From: Pseudomonadota bacterium
GTDB lineage: Bacteria > Pseudomonadota > Alphaproteobacteria > UBA828
Length of the DNA: 64,000 nucleotides
Reading direction: 5' to 3'
Assembly: GCA_027624955.1 (NCBI GenBank)
Contig: JAQBTG010000003.1
Coordinates: 23,163-87,162 of the forward strand
The number at the start of each line of letters is the position of its first letter. Within the stretch, counting starts at the first letter, position 1. This document shows positions 50,531 to 60,125 of the stretch, piece by piece. The translations under genes were made by a program, and so were the position numbers. A model generated the notes under the pieces. It was not told the DNA's origin. It did no database searches and saw only the letters and a list, made by a program, of their open reading frames with translations.

Positions 50531-51507
50531 CCGTTTTGGCCGAACCAATGGATCGCCTCCGTCAGCGCTTGTTCGGCCGAGCGCGACGAAAACCCTAATT
50601 CCTGAGCAGCCTTTTGAGACGAGAAGAACATGTGCTTTCGCGCCATTTTCAGAGAATCCACGGTCAATCGGGTTTCGGTGCCGGTTACACGGCACCACCC
50701 TTCGGCGACATAGGCTAGCGGCATGAGAAGACGGTTCGGTAGGCGCAAACCCGGCGCCGGGCGGCCGGTGATGCGCCCGAGGGCGAGCAGAATATCGCGC
50801 AAAGTCAGGTTCTCACCGCCGAGAATATAGCGTTCTCCCGATTTTCCGCGTTCGAACGCAAGCAGGTGGCCGCGCGCGCAATCGTCGACATGCACCAGAT
50901 TGAGACCGGTATCGACATAGGCCGGCATGCGGCCATTGACGAAATCAACAATGATCCGCCCGGTTGGCGTCGGTTTGATATCGCGTGCACCGATCGGCGC
51001 GGTGGGATTGACGATCACTGCCGGCAGGCCGTCACGAACGACCATCTCGCGCACCGCTTGCTCGGCGAGATATTTCGAGCGCTTGTAATGGCCGGTCATA
51101 TCGCCGACGCCGACCGGCAGGTCTTCGTCGGCGGGTGTCCCGTCCTTGGTGAGGCCGAGCACGGCAACGCTGGAGGTATAGACGATGCGGGCCACACCAG
51201 CCTCTCCCGCCGCGCGCATTAAATTTCGCGTGCCTTCCACGTTGATGTCATAAATTTCCTTCGGCTTCGGGATCCACAGGCGGTAATCCGCAGCGACGTG
51301 ATAGAGGGCATCGCAACCTTTCGCCGCCGCCTTGAGCGAAGCGCTATCGGTGAGATCGCCGGTCACGCGCTCGATGTCGAGACCTTCGATATTGCGGCTG
51401 TCGCTTGCGCCGCGGACAAGCGCGCGGACTTCTCGGCCCTCGGCCACAAGCAAACGCACCACGGCGGAGCCGAGAAATCCGGTTGCGCCGGTGATCAGCG
51501 TGGTCAT
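50488..51507 (-). CDS. hpnA: Hopanoid-associated NAD-dependent sugar epimerase/dehydratase HpnA
   Basis: MTTLITGATGFLGSAVVRLL Rossmann motif and YxxxK (YKRSKY) SDR catalytic motif, 339 aa. The 655-aa track ORF is an upstream run-on. Start ATG overlaps the stop of the upstream CDP-alcohol transferase (ATGA). Confidence 0.8.
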   Translation of the reverse strand: MTTLITGATGFLGSAVVRLLVAEGREVRALVRGASDSRNIEGLDIERVTGDLTDSASLKAAAKGCDALYHVAADYRLWIPKPKEIYDINVEGTRNLMRAAGEAGVARIVYTSSVAVLGLTKDGTPADEDLPVGVGDMTGHYKRSKYLAEQAVREMVVRDGLPAVIVNPTAPIGARDIKPTPTGRIIVDFVNGRMPAYVDTGLNLVHVDDCARGHLLAFERGKSGERYILGGENLTLRDILLALGRITGRPAPGLRLPNRLLMPLAYVAEGWCRVTGTETRLTVDSLKMARKHMFFSSQKAAQELGFSSRSAEQALTEAIHWFGQNGYFKSQVSSAIRSK

Positions 51508-52163
51508 TCGGGCGCGGTTCTTTGTGGCCAGAATATTTCGCGGCGGTAGCGGATAAGCGCCCATACCCCGAACAACGGCGCGCCGATCGTGGCCAGAATA
51601 AGTATCGGTATGAGGCCGCCACCCCAGATCGCCGGGCCGATCAGATACAGCACATCTTCGACCTCGAAGCCGGCATAGCGCGGCAGGCCGGCTTGCTTCT
51701 GTCCCATGCGGGTTTCGAGATATTGGAACAGGGCGAACAGGCCGCTGACCGAAATACCGGCGATGATTCCCATGATCCAGGCGGCGTCGCCAAGCCAGGA
51801 ATCGGACAAGCCGATACCGATCGACACGAACAGAAAGATATGGACCACCACATCGGAAGCGAGATCGTAGAGATGGCCGATGCGGCTGCTTTTGCCGCTC
51901 AGGCGTGCCAACTCGCCATCCATGTGGTCGACAAAATTGGAGAGCGCGAACAGCCCTGCCCCCCAATGGATCAGCGGTGTCTCGCCATAGGCCAGGCAAC
52001 CGCAAGCGCCCAGCCCCGATAACAGGCGCAAAGTGGTGATGTGATTGGGCGTGACCCGTGTACGCACCAAGGGGCGCACCAAAAAGCGCGCGATGCGCTG
52101 GTCCCACGGTCCCTTGCGCTGCGCCTTCTCCGGGCTCTGTTCTAGTTGCGGTCGATCGGTCAT
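51504..52163 (-). CDS. CDP-alcohol phosphatidyltransferase family membrane protein
   Basis: Signature D-x2-D-G-x2-A-R-x8-G-x3-G-x3-D present as DHMDGELARLSGKSSRIGHLYDLASD. Several TM helices. Translationally coupled to hpnA. Confidence 0.8.
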   Translation of the reverse strand: MTDRPQLEQSPEKAQRKGPWDQRIARFLVRPLVRTRVTPNHITTLRLLSGLGACGCLAYGETPLIHWGAGLFALSNFVDHMDGELARLSGKSSRIGHLYDLASDVVVHIFLFVSIGIGLSDSWLGDAAWIMGIIAGISVSGLFALFQYLETRMGQKQAGLPRYAGFEVEDVLYLIGPAIWGGGLIPILILATIGAPLFGVWALIRYRREIFWPQRTAPE

Positions 52164-52278
52164 GCGGGTAAGGGCGATGCGGTTGCGCCGAATAAGCGGG
52201 TGAGCTAAGAGCGTGGCATATGATTATCCGCGACGAAGTGCATGCGCTGCAACAGCTTCCTGCCGGGAGGCGAGTGCC

Positions 52279-53025
52279 ATGCGGGCCGTGATATTCGCCG
52301 CCGGCCTTGGTAGCCGGCTCGGCGGTGCGGCGGAAGATATGCCCAAGGTCTTGCTGCGCTTCGCCAACAGAAGCCTGCTGGAACGGCATCTCACCCAACT
52401 CGGCGCTCTGGGCATCGAGGAAATCACCCTCGGCGTCGGACATGGCGCGGCCCATATCGCGGCCGAGCTAGCGCGCCTGAATGCCGGAAAAGTGGAACTG
52501 GTGCACAACCCGGATTACCGCGAAGGCAGTGTCGTCACCATGGCGGTACTTGAGCGTGCGATGACACGCGGCGGCGATGTTCTTCTCATGGACGGCGACG
52601 TGCTCTACGACCGACGCATGTTGGAACGGTTGCTCGCCAGCCCACACCGAAACCTCTTTCTGTTGGACCGCGACGTCGAACCTGGCGAGGAGCCAATGAA
52701 ACTCGCAATTGCCGCTGGCCATCCGGTAGATTTTCGAAAAATCTTGGAACGGGCGCATGAATATTACGGTGAGTCGGTCGGTTTCTTCCGCTTCGATGAA
52801 TCCGCGGCGCGAGACCTCTCGGCGGCGGCCCGACAAATCATCTCCAAGGGCGGACGCAGTGATTACATGGAGGAAGCCATCCGCGACGTGCTCCTCGTCT
52901 CACCCAAAGGCCGTTTCGGCTTCGAGGACATCACCGGCCTGCCCTGGATCGAAATCGATTTCGCCGCGGATCTGGCGCGGGCGGAGAACGAAATCCTGCC
53001 GCGACTGATTGCGGTAGACCGCTAA
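52279..53025 (+). CDS. Nucleotidyltransferase (GxGxR NTP-transferase fold; putative phospho-alcohol cytidylyltransferase)
   Basis: MRAVIFAAGLGSRLG N-terminal motif typical of LicC/IPCT/RmlA-like NTP transferases. Start at the ATG with a GGGAGG RBS. The track start is GTG at 52213. Divergent from the CDP-alcohol transferase. Confidence 0.75.
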   Translation: MRAVIFAAGLGSRLGGAAEDMPKVLLRFANRSLLERHLTQLGALGIEEITLGVGHGAAHIAAELARLNAGKVELVHNPDYREGSVVTMAVLERAMTRGGDVLLMDGDVLYDRRMLERLLASPHRNLFLLDRDVEPGEEPMKLAIAAGHPVDFRKILERAHEYYGESVGFFRFDESAARDLSAAARQIISKGGRSDYMEEAIRDVLLVSPKGRFGFEDITGLPWIEIDFAADLARAENEILPRLIAVDR

Positions 53026-53043
53026 CTCTCTGGACCGTTAACT

Positions 53044-53949
53044 CTAAAGTGTGCGCAGCAGGGCCGAAAAGACCATCGATAATTTCTGCAGCTTGCCGAA
53101 TTTGATGCGCGGGCCGTCGACTCGAAACCCGCCGGCTTCGATCCGGTCGAGATAGGGTTCGTAAACGCCGCGCATCAGCAGTGCCGGGCGCATACGGCGG
53201 CGCTCTGAAGTCGGCATGGCGCGAGCGGCCTCAAGAAAACGCCGGCGCGCCATCGCACCGACCTCGGCGCAAACTTTCTCTACGCCGGGTGCATGGATGA
53301 TCTCATCCGGCGTGACGTTCTCCAGCCCGTGTTTGGCGAGCAGTTCGGCCGGTAGATAGATGCGCCCGCGCTCGGCATCCTCGGCCACATCGCGCAGGAT
53401 ATTAGTGAGCTGAAAGGCATGCCCGAGATGGAGGGCGAAGTCCGGGATAGCGGGTGAGCGATAGCCGAATATCTCTACCGAGAGCAAGCCGACGCAGCAC
53501 GCGACGCAATAACAGTAGCGCTCCAATTCGGCCAGAGTGGGACGCAGCATGGCGCCCGAACGATCCATCTCGAAGCCTTCGAGAATGTCGAGAAATAGAC
53601 CCTTCGATAATCCGTAGCGCTCTATCGGTGTGACCAGTGCGTGGCTCACCGGATGGTTGGGATGCCCGGCGAACAGCGCTTCGATCTCCTCCGCCCAGGC
53701 CTTGATTAGCGCGCTGGAAAGGGCGGAATCCTCGATCTCGTCGGCGACATCGTCGGTTTCTCGGCAGAACGCGTACAGCGCCAGCATGGCTTCGCGCCTG
53801 GGCCGCGGCAGTAGCATCATGGGCAAAAAGAAAGACGAGCCTGACGCGCGCGTCACTTCGGCGACATATTGTTTGGGATCGTCGGTCGCCGGTATCGGCA
53901 GGCCGTCAAAATCCGTCGGCAGATTTCCCGCCTGATCGGCGCTTACCAT
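53044..53949 (-). CDS. hpnD: Presqualene diphosphate synthase HpnD (squalene/phytoene synthase family)
   Basis: Trans-isoprenyl diphosphate synthase head-to-head fold with Asp-rich motifs (FCRETDDVADE...). Second of two tandem SQS-like genes. C/D assignment by gene order only. Confidence 0.7.
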   Translation of the reverse strand: MVSADQAGNLPTDFDGLPIPATDDPKQYVAEVTRASGSSFFLPMMLLPRPRREAMLALYAFCRETDDVADEIEDSALSSALIKAWAEEIEALFAGHPNHPVSHALVTPIERYGLSKGLFLDILEGFEMDRSGAMLRPTLAELERYCYCVACCVGLLSVEIFGYRSPAIPDFALHLGHAFQLTNILRDVAEDAERGRIYLPAELLAKHGLENVTPDEIIHAPGVEKVCAEVGAMARRRFLEAARAMPTSERRRMRPALLMRGVYEPYLDRIEAGGFRVDGPRIKFGKLQKLSMVFSALLRTL

Positions 53950-53956
53950 GGCCGCC

Positions 53957-54811
53957 TCACCATGCGCCGAGAATGCCGCGCAGGCCACAGGCCAGCCAGC
54001 CAGCTTTGCTCACCTCGACGCGCCCGGCAATCGGATCTTCCCGCCTTAGCCGACCCGCCAATGCCCAAGCGAGCTTGAGGATAAATGCGCTCTCCCAGCG
54101 CAGGCCACGGCGGCGCACGCTGCGCGGCATCGCGTCGGCGCGCCGCAACAATGTTTCAGTCTCGTCCAGGCAACGGTCGATCACCCGGCGCACCGCCGGT
54201 GTCGCGCTGTCCAGCCTCAGATCTTCAACGCTGCCGCCAGCCTCCTTGAGCCACGGCTCAGGCAAATATACGCGGTCGAGCGCCAGATAGTCCTTTTTGC
54301 AATCTTGCAAATGATTGAGCATCTGCAAGGCGCAACAAAGCGCGTCCGAGCCCTCGATATCCGCGTCTCGCTCCCCGTGAATGTCCAACATCACTCGGCC
54401 GACGGACGCCGCGGAGCGCATGCAATAATCGATCAAATCAGCCCAGTCGTGATAGCGCAGCTTAGTTGCGTCCTGGATGAAGGCGGAAAGCAGATCGCGC
54501 CCATTGGCCGGCGTTTTGCCGCTCGCCAGCAAGCTTTGATGATAGGGCAGCGCCCAGTCCGGCAGGGACGTCTCATCGACACCAAGGGCGCGTTGCACCG
54601 CCTTGAGCCGCGTCACTTTCTCCGGCGCCGTGATATCCGGTGAATCGGCAATATCGTCGGCTTGGCGGGCGAATATATAGAAGGCATGAACGTGCGGGCG
54701 AAACTCGCGCGGGATAAGAAATGATCCGACAGGAAAATTTTCCGTATTGGCGTCGATCAATTGCCGCGCATTTTCGCCGGGTTCGATTTGATCCGCCATC
54801 CGCCTGGTCAT
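53957..54811 (-). CDS. hpnC: Hydroxysqualene synthase HpnC (squalene/phytoene synthase family)
   Basis: ENFPVGSFLIP...YIFARQADDIADSPD motifs. First of the tandem pair. Start at the ATG with a GGTGG RBS. Confidence 0.7.
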   Translation of the reverse strand: MTRRMADQIEPGENARQLIDANTENFPVGSFLIPREFRPHVHAFYIFARQADDIADSPDITAPEKVTRLKAVQRALGVDETSLPDWALPYHQSLLASGKTPANGRDLLSAFIQDATKLRYHDWADLIDYCMRSAASVGRVMLDIHGERDADIEGSDALCCALQMLNHLQDCKKDYLALDRVYLPEPWLKEAGGSVEDLRLDSATPAVRRVIDRCLDETETLLRRADAMPRSVRRRGLRWESAFILKLAWALAGRLRREDPIAGRVEVSKAGWLACGLRGILGAW

Positions 54812-54879
54812 TTTGCCACCAGCCACATTAACTGCCATCAATATCAATAATAAAAAATCGTCGGAAACATTTGATAATT

Positions 54880-56097
54880 TTAAAGTTTTGAGATTTTCTC
54901 TGCGGCGGAAATACGCGTTTGAGCGTCAATCTGTTTGACCACATCGATCGATGTCACAGGGCCCGCTTCATGGCTCTCAAGACATGATTCGACGACGCGC
55001 GGGATATCCATAAAGCCGATATTTCTGTCGAGGAAGCCGCGCACCGCGACTTCGTTGGCAGCATTGAGAACAATCGCCGCCGACGCGCCATCATTCAACG
55101 CCTCTTGCGCCAGCCGCAAACAGGGAAAGCGTTGCAAATCAGGCTTTTCGAAGGTCAATGTTGCCATCTCGGCTAGGTCAAGCTTGGCGCTCGGCGTGCT
55201 GATGCGCTCCGGCCACGCCAGTGAATAGGCGATTGGCGTTCGCATATCAGGCGTCCCTAGTTGGGCCAGGACGGAGCCGTCGATATATTCAACCATGCTG
55301 TGAATCACTGACTGCGGGTGCACCAACACGTCGATCTGGGCCACGGACACCGGAAACAGATGAAAGGCCTCTATCATCTCCAGGCCCTTGTTCATCATGG
55401 TCGCCGAATCGACGCTGATTTTCGCCCCCATATCCCAATTGGGATGGGCAACCGCCTGCTCCGGCGAAGCGTTGACCATATGCTCCATATCAGCTTTGCG
55501 GAACGGCCCGCCAGAAGCCGTCAGGATAATGCGCGCAACGCTAGCCTCGCGCTTGAAATCAAACACCTGGAAGATGGCGTTATGCTCGGAATCGACCGGC
55601 AGCAGTGTCGCGCCGGCGCGCGTTACTTCGCGTAACATCAATTCGCCGGCGCAAACCAGGCATTCTTTGTTGGCCAGGCCGACGATGGCGCCGCGCTTGA
55701 CTGCCGCCATGGTCGGGCCAAGACCGGCGGCGCCGACAATCCCGGCCATCACGAAGTCAGCCGACGCGGCAGCGGCATCTTCCACCGCCTCGGGCCCCGC
55801 CGCGACACTGATATTCGTTCCTGAGAGCGCGTCCTTCAGGTCCTGATAGCGGCTAGAGTCTGCGGTGACGGCCATTTTTGCGCCGGTCAGCCGGGCTTGC
55901 TCAGCCAACAGCTCGATATTGCTGTGCGCCGTCAATGCCTCAACCGTAAAGGAGCCCTTATGCCGCTGCAGGAGGTCGATGGTACTTCTGCCGATCGAGC
56001 CGGTTGAGCCCAATATCGTGACGCTGCGCGGCTCCGTGTCGCGAAGAGGCAGGTTGACGCTCGCCGTATCGCTGGCAATTTTCGCCGCCGCATCCAT
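54880..56097 (-). CDS. dxr: 1-deoxy-D-xylulose 5-phosphate reductoisomerase
   Basis: VTILGSTGSIGRSTIDLL NADPH-binding N-terminus. 405 aa from the internal ATG. The track ORF begins further upstream. Confidence 0.9.
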   Translation of the reverse strand: MDAAAKIASDTASVNLPLRDTEPRSVTILGSTGSIGRSTIDLLQRHKGSFTVEALTAHSNIELLAEQARLTGAKMAVTADSSRYQDLKDALSGTNISVAAGPEAVEDAAAASADFVMAGIVGAAGLGPTMAAVKRGAIVGLANKECLVCAGELMLREVTRAGATLLPVDSEHNAIFQVFDFKREASVARIILTASGGPFRKADMEHMVNASPEQAVAHPNWDMGAKISVDSATMMNKGLEMIEAFHLFPVSVAQIDVLVHPQSVIHSMVEYIDGSVLAQLGTPDMRTPIAYSLAWPERISTPSAKLDLAEMATLTFEKPDLQRFPCLRLAQEALNDGASAAIVLNAANEVAVRGFLDRNIGFMDIPRVVESCLESHEAGPVTSIDVVKQIDAQTRISAAEKISKL

Positions 56098-56219
56098 TAT
56101 GTAACCACCACAGACCACACCCCTTCCGGCGTTGGAGTGACCGGTTGCCGCGATTCTCTCAACAGCTTGCACGTGACGCAACATAAAATGGCTTATATGA
56201 GGTTCTAGGAGAAGAGATC

Positions 56220-56558
56220 ATGGATTTGACGCAACATAACTGCATCCCCTGCCGCAGTGGAGCAGCGCCTCTGGAGCCCTCCTCAGCGCGACAATTACTT
56301 GCCAGCGCGCCGGGCTGGGAATTGCTCGACGATGCCACCAAAATTAGGCGCAAATTCAAACTTAGCGATTTCGCCGCCACTTTGGCGTTCGTCAACAAAA
56401 TCGGCGCGCTTGCCGAAGCCGAAAGCCACCACCCAGATATCAGCTTCGGATGGGGCTATTGCAGCGTTTTGTTCTACACCCACAAGATCAAGGGTCTACA
56501 CCAGAATGATTTCATCATGGCTGCCAAGGTCAATGAATTGGTGGGCGATGGGGCCTAG
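56220..56558 (+). CDS. phhB: Pterin-4-alpha-carbinolamine dehydratase
   Basis: 112 aa with the [EDKH]-x3-H-[HN]-P motif (AESHHPDISF). GGAG RBS. Confidence 0.85.
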   Translation: MDLTQHNCIPCRSGAAPLEPSSARQLLASAPGWELLDDATKIRRKFKLSDFAATLAFVNKIGALAEAESHHPDISFGWGYCSVLFYTHKIKGLHQNDFIMAAKVNELVGDGA

Positions 56559-56621
56559 TAAGGCGGCTATTCCGCTGCCAATAGAGCGAGGTTAGGGGTG
56601 CTCCGCTCTGGTGAATCACGT

Positions 56622-59600
56622 CTATGCGGCCATTCCGCCTAAGGTCGAAAGCACACGCTGTACGCCTTCGAGGCGCTGCCCTGCCACCGGCCAGTTGCGC
56701 GTGACGACGAGCTTGTTGTCGGGGCGGAGCCTGAGGCCGTGCGAGGGGTTGGCGATATGGGCGATCAGCTGTTCAGGATTGACCGCGGTATCGGGCCGGA
56801 AGGTCAGCACCGCGCCTTTGGGTCCGGCATCAATTCGCCCAACGCCGGCGGCGCGGCACAGCCGTTTGATGGCGACGATATCAAGTAGATAGCGCACCTC
56901 TTCCGGCACCGGGCCAAACCGGTCGGCCAGTTCATCGATAAATTCCTCAGTTTCGGAGCTGTCTTCAAGGCGTGACACGCGGCGGTATAGCGTCAGGCGC
57001 ACATCCAAATCCTCAACATAGCTCTCCGGGATTAGCACAGCCGTGCCAAGGCTTACTTGCGGCGACCACTCGGCGACCAACGTATCGGACGTACCGTCGG
57101 CTTCAGCTCGCGCCTGGGCGACGGCTTCTTCCAACATATGCTGGTAGAGCTCGATGCCGACTTCACGGACATGGCCCGACTGTTCGCCGCCCAGTAAGTT
57201 TCCGGCGCCGCGAATGTCCATGTCGTGGCTGGCCAGGCTAAACCCAGCACCCAGACTGTCGAGGCGGTGAATCACTTCAAGCCGCTTGCGCGCCGTCGGC
57301 GTCACCTTATGCGCCGGCGGCAAGGTAAAATAGGCGTAGCCGCGCAATTTCGAGCGCCCGATACGACCGCGCAACTGATAGAGCTGTGAGAGGCCGAACA
57401 TATCAGCACGGTGCACGATCATCGTATTGACGCGCGGCAGATCGAGGCCTGATTCAATAATCGCGGTAGAGACAAGCACGTCGAAATTGCCGTCGTAGAA
57501 ATCCTCCATGGCCGCTTCCAGTTCGGCTACCGGCATGCCGCCATGCGCGATCCTCACTCTAACTTCCGGCGCCAGCGATCTAATCCGCGCGGCGACACCG
57601 TCAAGATCGGCGATACGCGGGCAAACGTAAAAACTTTGACCGCCGCGAAAATGCTCCCGCATCAAGGCTTCGCGCGTGACCACCGGATCGAACGGCATGA
57701 TAAACGTCCGCACCGCCAGACGGTCGACCGGCGGCGTGGCGATGATGGTCATATCGCGCACACCGGTCAGCGCCATTTGAAGCGTGCGCGGAATCGGCGT
57801 GGCGCTCAGAGTCAGCACATGTACTTCGGCGCGCATCTTCTTGAGCCGCTCCTTATGCGCCACGCCGAAATGCTGCTCTTCATCGACGATCAACAGACCG
57901 AGATCGGCGAATTCGATGGCCTTACTGAGAAGCGCATGGGTACCGATTACGATGTCGACCGTGCCGGCTTTCATGCCCTCGCGGATTTCGCCGGCCATGC
58001 TGGGTTTGACCAGCCGCGACAATTGTTCGATCCGCACCGGCAAATTATTGAACCGTTCCTTAAAATTTTTGAAATGCTGACGGCTCAGCAGCGTGGTTGG
58101 CACCAGGACCGCGACCTGCTTGCCGCTCATTGCGCAGTAGAACGCAGCGCGCAGGGCGACTTCGGTTTTGCCGAACCCCACGTCGCCACAGATGAGGCGG
58201 TCCATCGGCCGCCCGCTCGCCATATCGCCGAGGGTTTCATCGATTGCGTTGGCCTGATCGTCCGTTTCGGTAAACGGAAAGCGCGCGCAGAATTCTTCGA
58301 AAACCCCTTGATCCGCCTGCAATACAGGGGCTGTACGCAACGCCCGCTGGGCGGCCATCTTCATCAATTCACCGGCCATCTCCTTGACGCGCTTTTTGAG
58401 GCGTGACTTGCGCGCCTGCCACGCGGCGCTGCCGAGACGGTCGAGCGAAACCGGTTGGTCGGCGGAGCCAAAGCGCGACAGAAGCTCAATATTCTCCGCC
58501 GGCAGAAGCAGGCGGTCGTCGCCGCCATAGAGGATACGCAGGCAATCATGCGGCGCGTTGTCGACGTCGAGCGTCACCAGCCCGTCATAGCGCCCGATGC
58601 CATGATCGGCATGAACCACCAAATCGCCTTGTGATAGCTCGGAAGCATCGGCGAGAAAGTCCGCCGCCTTTACGCGCCGGCGGCGTTGGCGGCGGTTCAG
58701 CCGATCACCGAGAATATCCTGCTCGGCGATAACGGTAAGCGTCGGCGAGGTAAAGCCATGCTCCATCGGCAGCACGGCCAACGCGCCACTGCTGACGGCA
58801 AGATTTTCGACGGCGCGCCACGTATCGACCGCGGTAAGGGATTGAACGCCGTGTTCCGCCAACAGGCGGCCGATACGCTCCCGTGTCCCCACGCTCCAGC
58901 CGGCGAGCAAAACACGCCTTCCGGCCCGAGCCTCAGCGCCAAGATGGCCACGCACCGCATCGAATAGATCGCCGGTGAGCTTGCTGCGTTCGGCGACAAA
59001 CACCCTGCCCTGCCGTCCTCCAAGGTCGAATATCTGCCGATCTGGCGCGGCATCCGCAGTAAACGGCGAAAGCACCGCGAACGGATGTTTGTCGAGGCGT
59101 GAATCGCGCTCTTCGCGGGTCAGGTACAACATCTCCGGCGGCAGTGGCTTGTAATTCTCAATCGCCATACCCGCTACGGCGCCCGGTCCCTCCGTGCGCG
59201 CCCGGTAATAATCGTCAATAGCTTCCCAGCGGTCGTCGCAGGCATTTTCTGCGAGCTGATCAAAAAAGACCGGCGCTCCCGGCAAATAGTCGAAAATGGT
59301 TTCAAGCTTGTTGTGAAACAGCGGCAGCCAATGCTCCATGCCGGGATAGCGCCGCCCAGTATTTACCGCTTCGAACAGCGGGTCGGCATCGGTGACGGCG
59401 CCGAATTGGCTCCGGTAACCAGCGCAAAATCGAGCGATCGAGGCCTCGTTAAGTACCACTTCGCTAACCGGTACGAGTTGCACGCTAGCCAAAACGCCTT
59501 CGCTGCGCTGGGTCACTGGATCGAAAGTCTTGATCGCCTCAAGCGTCTCGCCGAATAGGTCGAGACGCACCGGTATTTCCGAACCGGGAGGAAAAATATC

Positions 59601-60125
59601 GACGATACCGCCGCGCACCGCATAGTCACCTGCCTCCATCACCGTGCCACCGCGGGTGAAGCCATTGCTTTCTAGATAGGCGAACAAGTCGTCGAGATTG
59701 AGCTCGGTACCTTTCTTCAGCGTAAATGTGGCGCGCGCCAATGCGTCTCTGGGCGGCACGCGCTGAAGCAACGAATTGACGGTCGCCAGCACCACGCGCG
59801 GGCCGTTTCCCTTCGTCGCTAACTTCACCAGCGAGGAAATCCGCTCACTCACCAGATCGTTGCGCGGTGAGATACGGTCATAGGGCAGACAATCCCAAGC
59901 TGGAATGAGCAGGCATTCGACTTCGGGGGCGAAAAAACCGAGACAATCGCGCGTGTTGGCGAGGCGGACGTCATTGGGCGCGATGAACAGGAGCGTCGTC
60001 TGTGCGGCCTGGGCGGCCAACCGGCCCAATATAAGTGCATCATAGCCCTCCGGCATACCGCCGATAGCTACGCGCCCAGGGCGGTCGAGCGCGAGGGATC
60101 GCAAACTGGAGGCCACCGGATTCAA
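56622..60125 (-). CDS. mfd: Transcription-repair coupling factor
   Basis: 1167 aa with UvrB-homology, RNAP-interaction, superfamily-2 helicase motifs (DEEQHFG, Walker A GKT) and TRCF domains. Start codon (TTG in the track) uncertain. Confidence 0.95.
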   Translation of the reverse strand: MNPVASSLRSLALDRPGRVAIGGMPEGYDALILGRLAAQAAQTTLLFIAPNDVRLANTRDCLGFFAPEVECLLIPAWDCLPYDRISPRNDLVSERISSLVKLATKGNGPRVVLATVNSLLQRVPPRDALARATFTLKKGTELNLDDLFAYLESNGFTRGGTVMEAGDYAVRGGIVDIFPPGSEIPVRLDLFGETLEAIKTFDPVTQRSEGVLASVQLVPVSEVVLNEASIARFCAGYRSQFGAVTDADPLFEAVNTGRRYPGMEHWLPLFHNKLETIFDYLPGAPVFFDQLAENACDDRWEAIDDYYRARTEGPGAVAGMAIENYKPLPPEMLYLTREERDSRLDKHPFAVLSPFTADAAPDRQIFDLGGRQGRVFVAERSKLTGDLFDAVRGHLGAEARAGRRVLLAGWSVGTRERIGRLLAEHGVQSLTAVDTWRAVENLAVSSGALAVLPMEHGFTSPTLTVIAEQDILGDRLNRRQRRRRVKAADFLADASELSQGDLVVHADHGIGRYDGLVTLDVDNAPHDCLRILYGGDDRLLLPAENIELLSRFGSADQPVSLDRLGSAAWQARKSRLKKRVKEMAGELMKMAAQRALRTAPVLQADQGVFEEFCARFPFTETDDQANAIDETLGDMASGRPMDRLICGDVGFGKTEVALRAAFYCAMSGKQVAVLVPTTLLSRQHFKNFKERFNNLPVRIEQLSRLVKPSMAGEIREGMKAGTVDIVIGTHALLSKAIEFADLGLLIVDEEQHFGVAHKERLKKMRAEVHVLTLSATPIPRTLQMALTGVRDMTIIATPPVDRLAVRTFIMPFDPVVTREALMREHFRGGQSFYVCPRIADLDGVAARIRSLAPEVRVRIAHGGMPVAELEAAMEDFYDGNFDVLVSTAIIESGLDLPRVNTMIVHRADMFGLSQLYQLRGRIGRSKLRGYAYFTLPPAHKVTPTARKRLEVIHRLDSLGAGFSLASHDMDIRGAGNLLGGEQSGHVREVGIELYQHMLEEAVAQARAEADGTSDTLVAEWSPQVSLGTAVLIPESYVEDLDVRLTLYRRVSRLEDSSETEEFIDELADRFGPVPEEVRYLLDIVAIKRLCRAAGVGRIDAGPKGAVLTFRPDTAVNPEQLIAHIANPSHGLRLRPDNKLVVTRNWPVAGQRLEGVQRVLSTLGGMAA

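Noticed and set aside
50488-52455. 655-aa ORF in the track
   Set aside because: Only the C-terminal 339 aa (from MTTLITGATGFLGS, start 51507) form the HpnA SDR. The N-terminal ~315 aa are low-complexity Arg/Pro/Gly-rich read-through in a frame that overlaps the real CDP-alcohol transferase gene (51504..52163) on the same strand. A high-GC artefact.
53957-53988. 32-nt same-strand overlap of hpnC and hpnD in the track
   Set aside because: It disappears when hpnD starts at the ATG at 53949 (MVSADQAG, GAGG RBS). The longer track start is probably not used.
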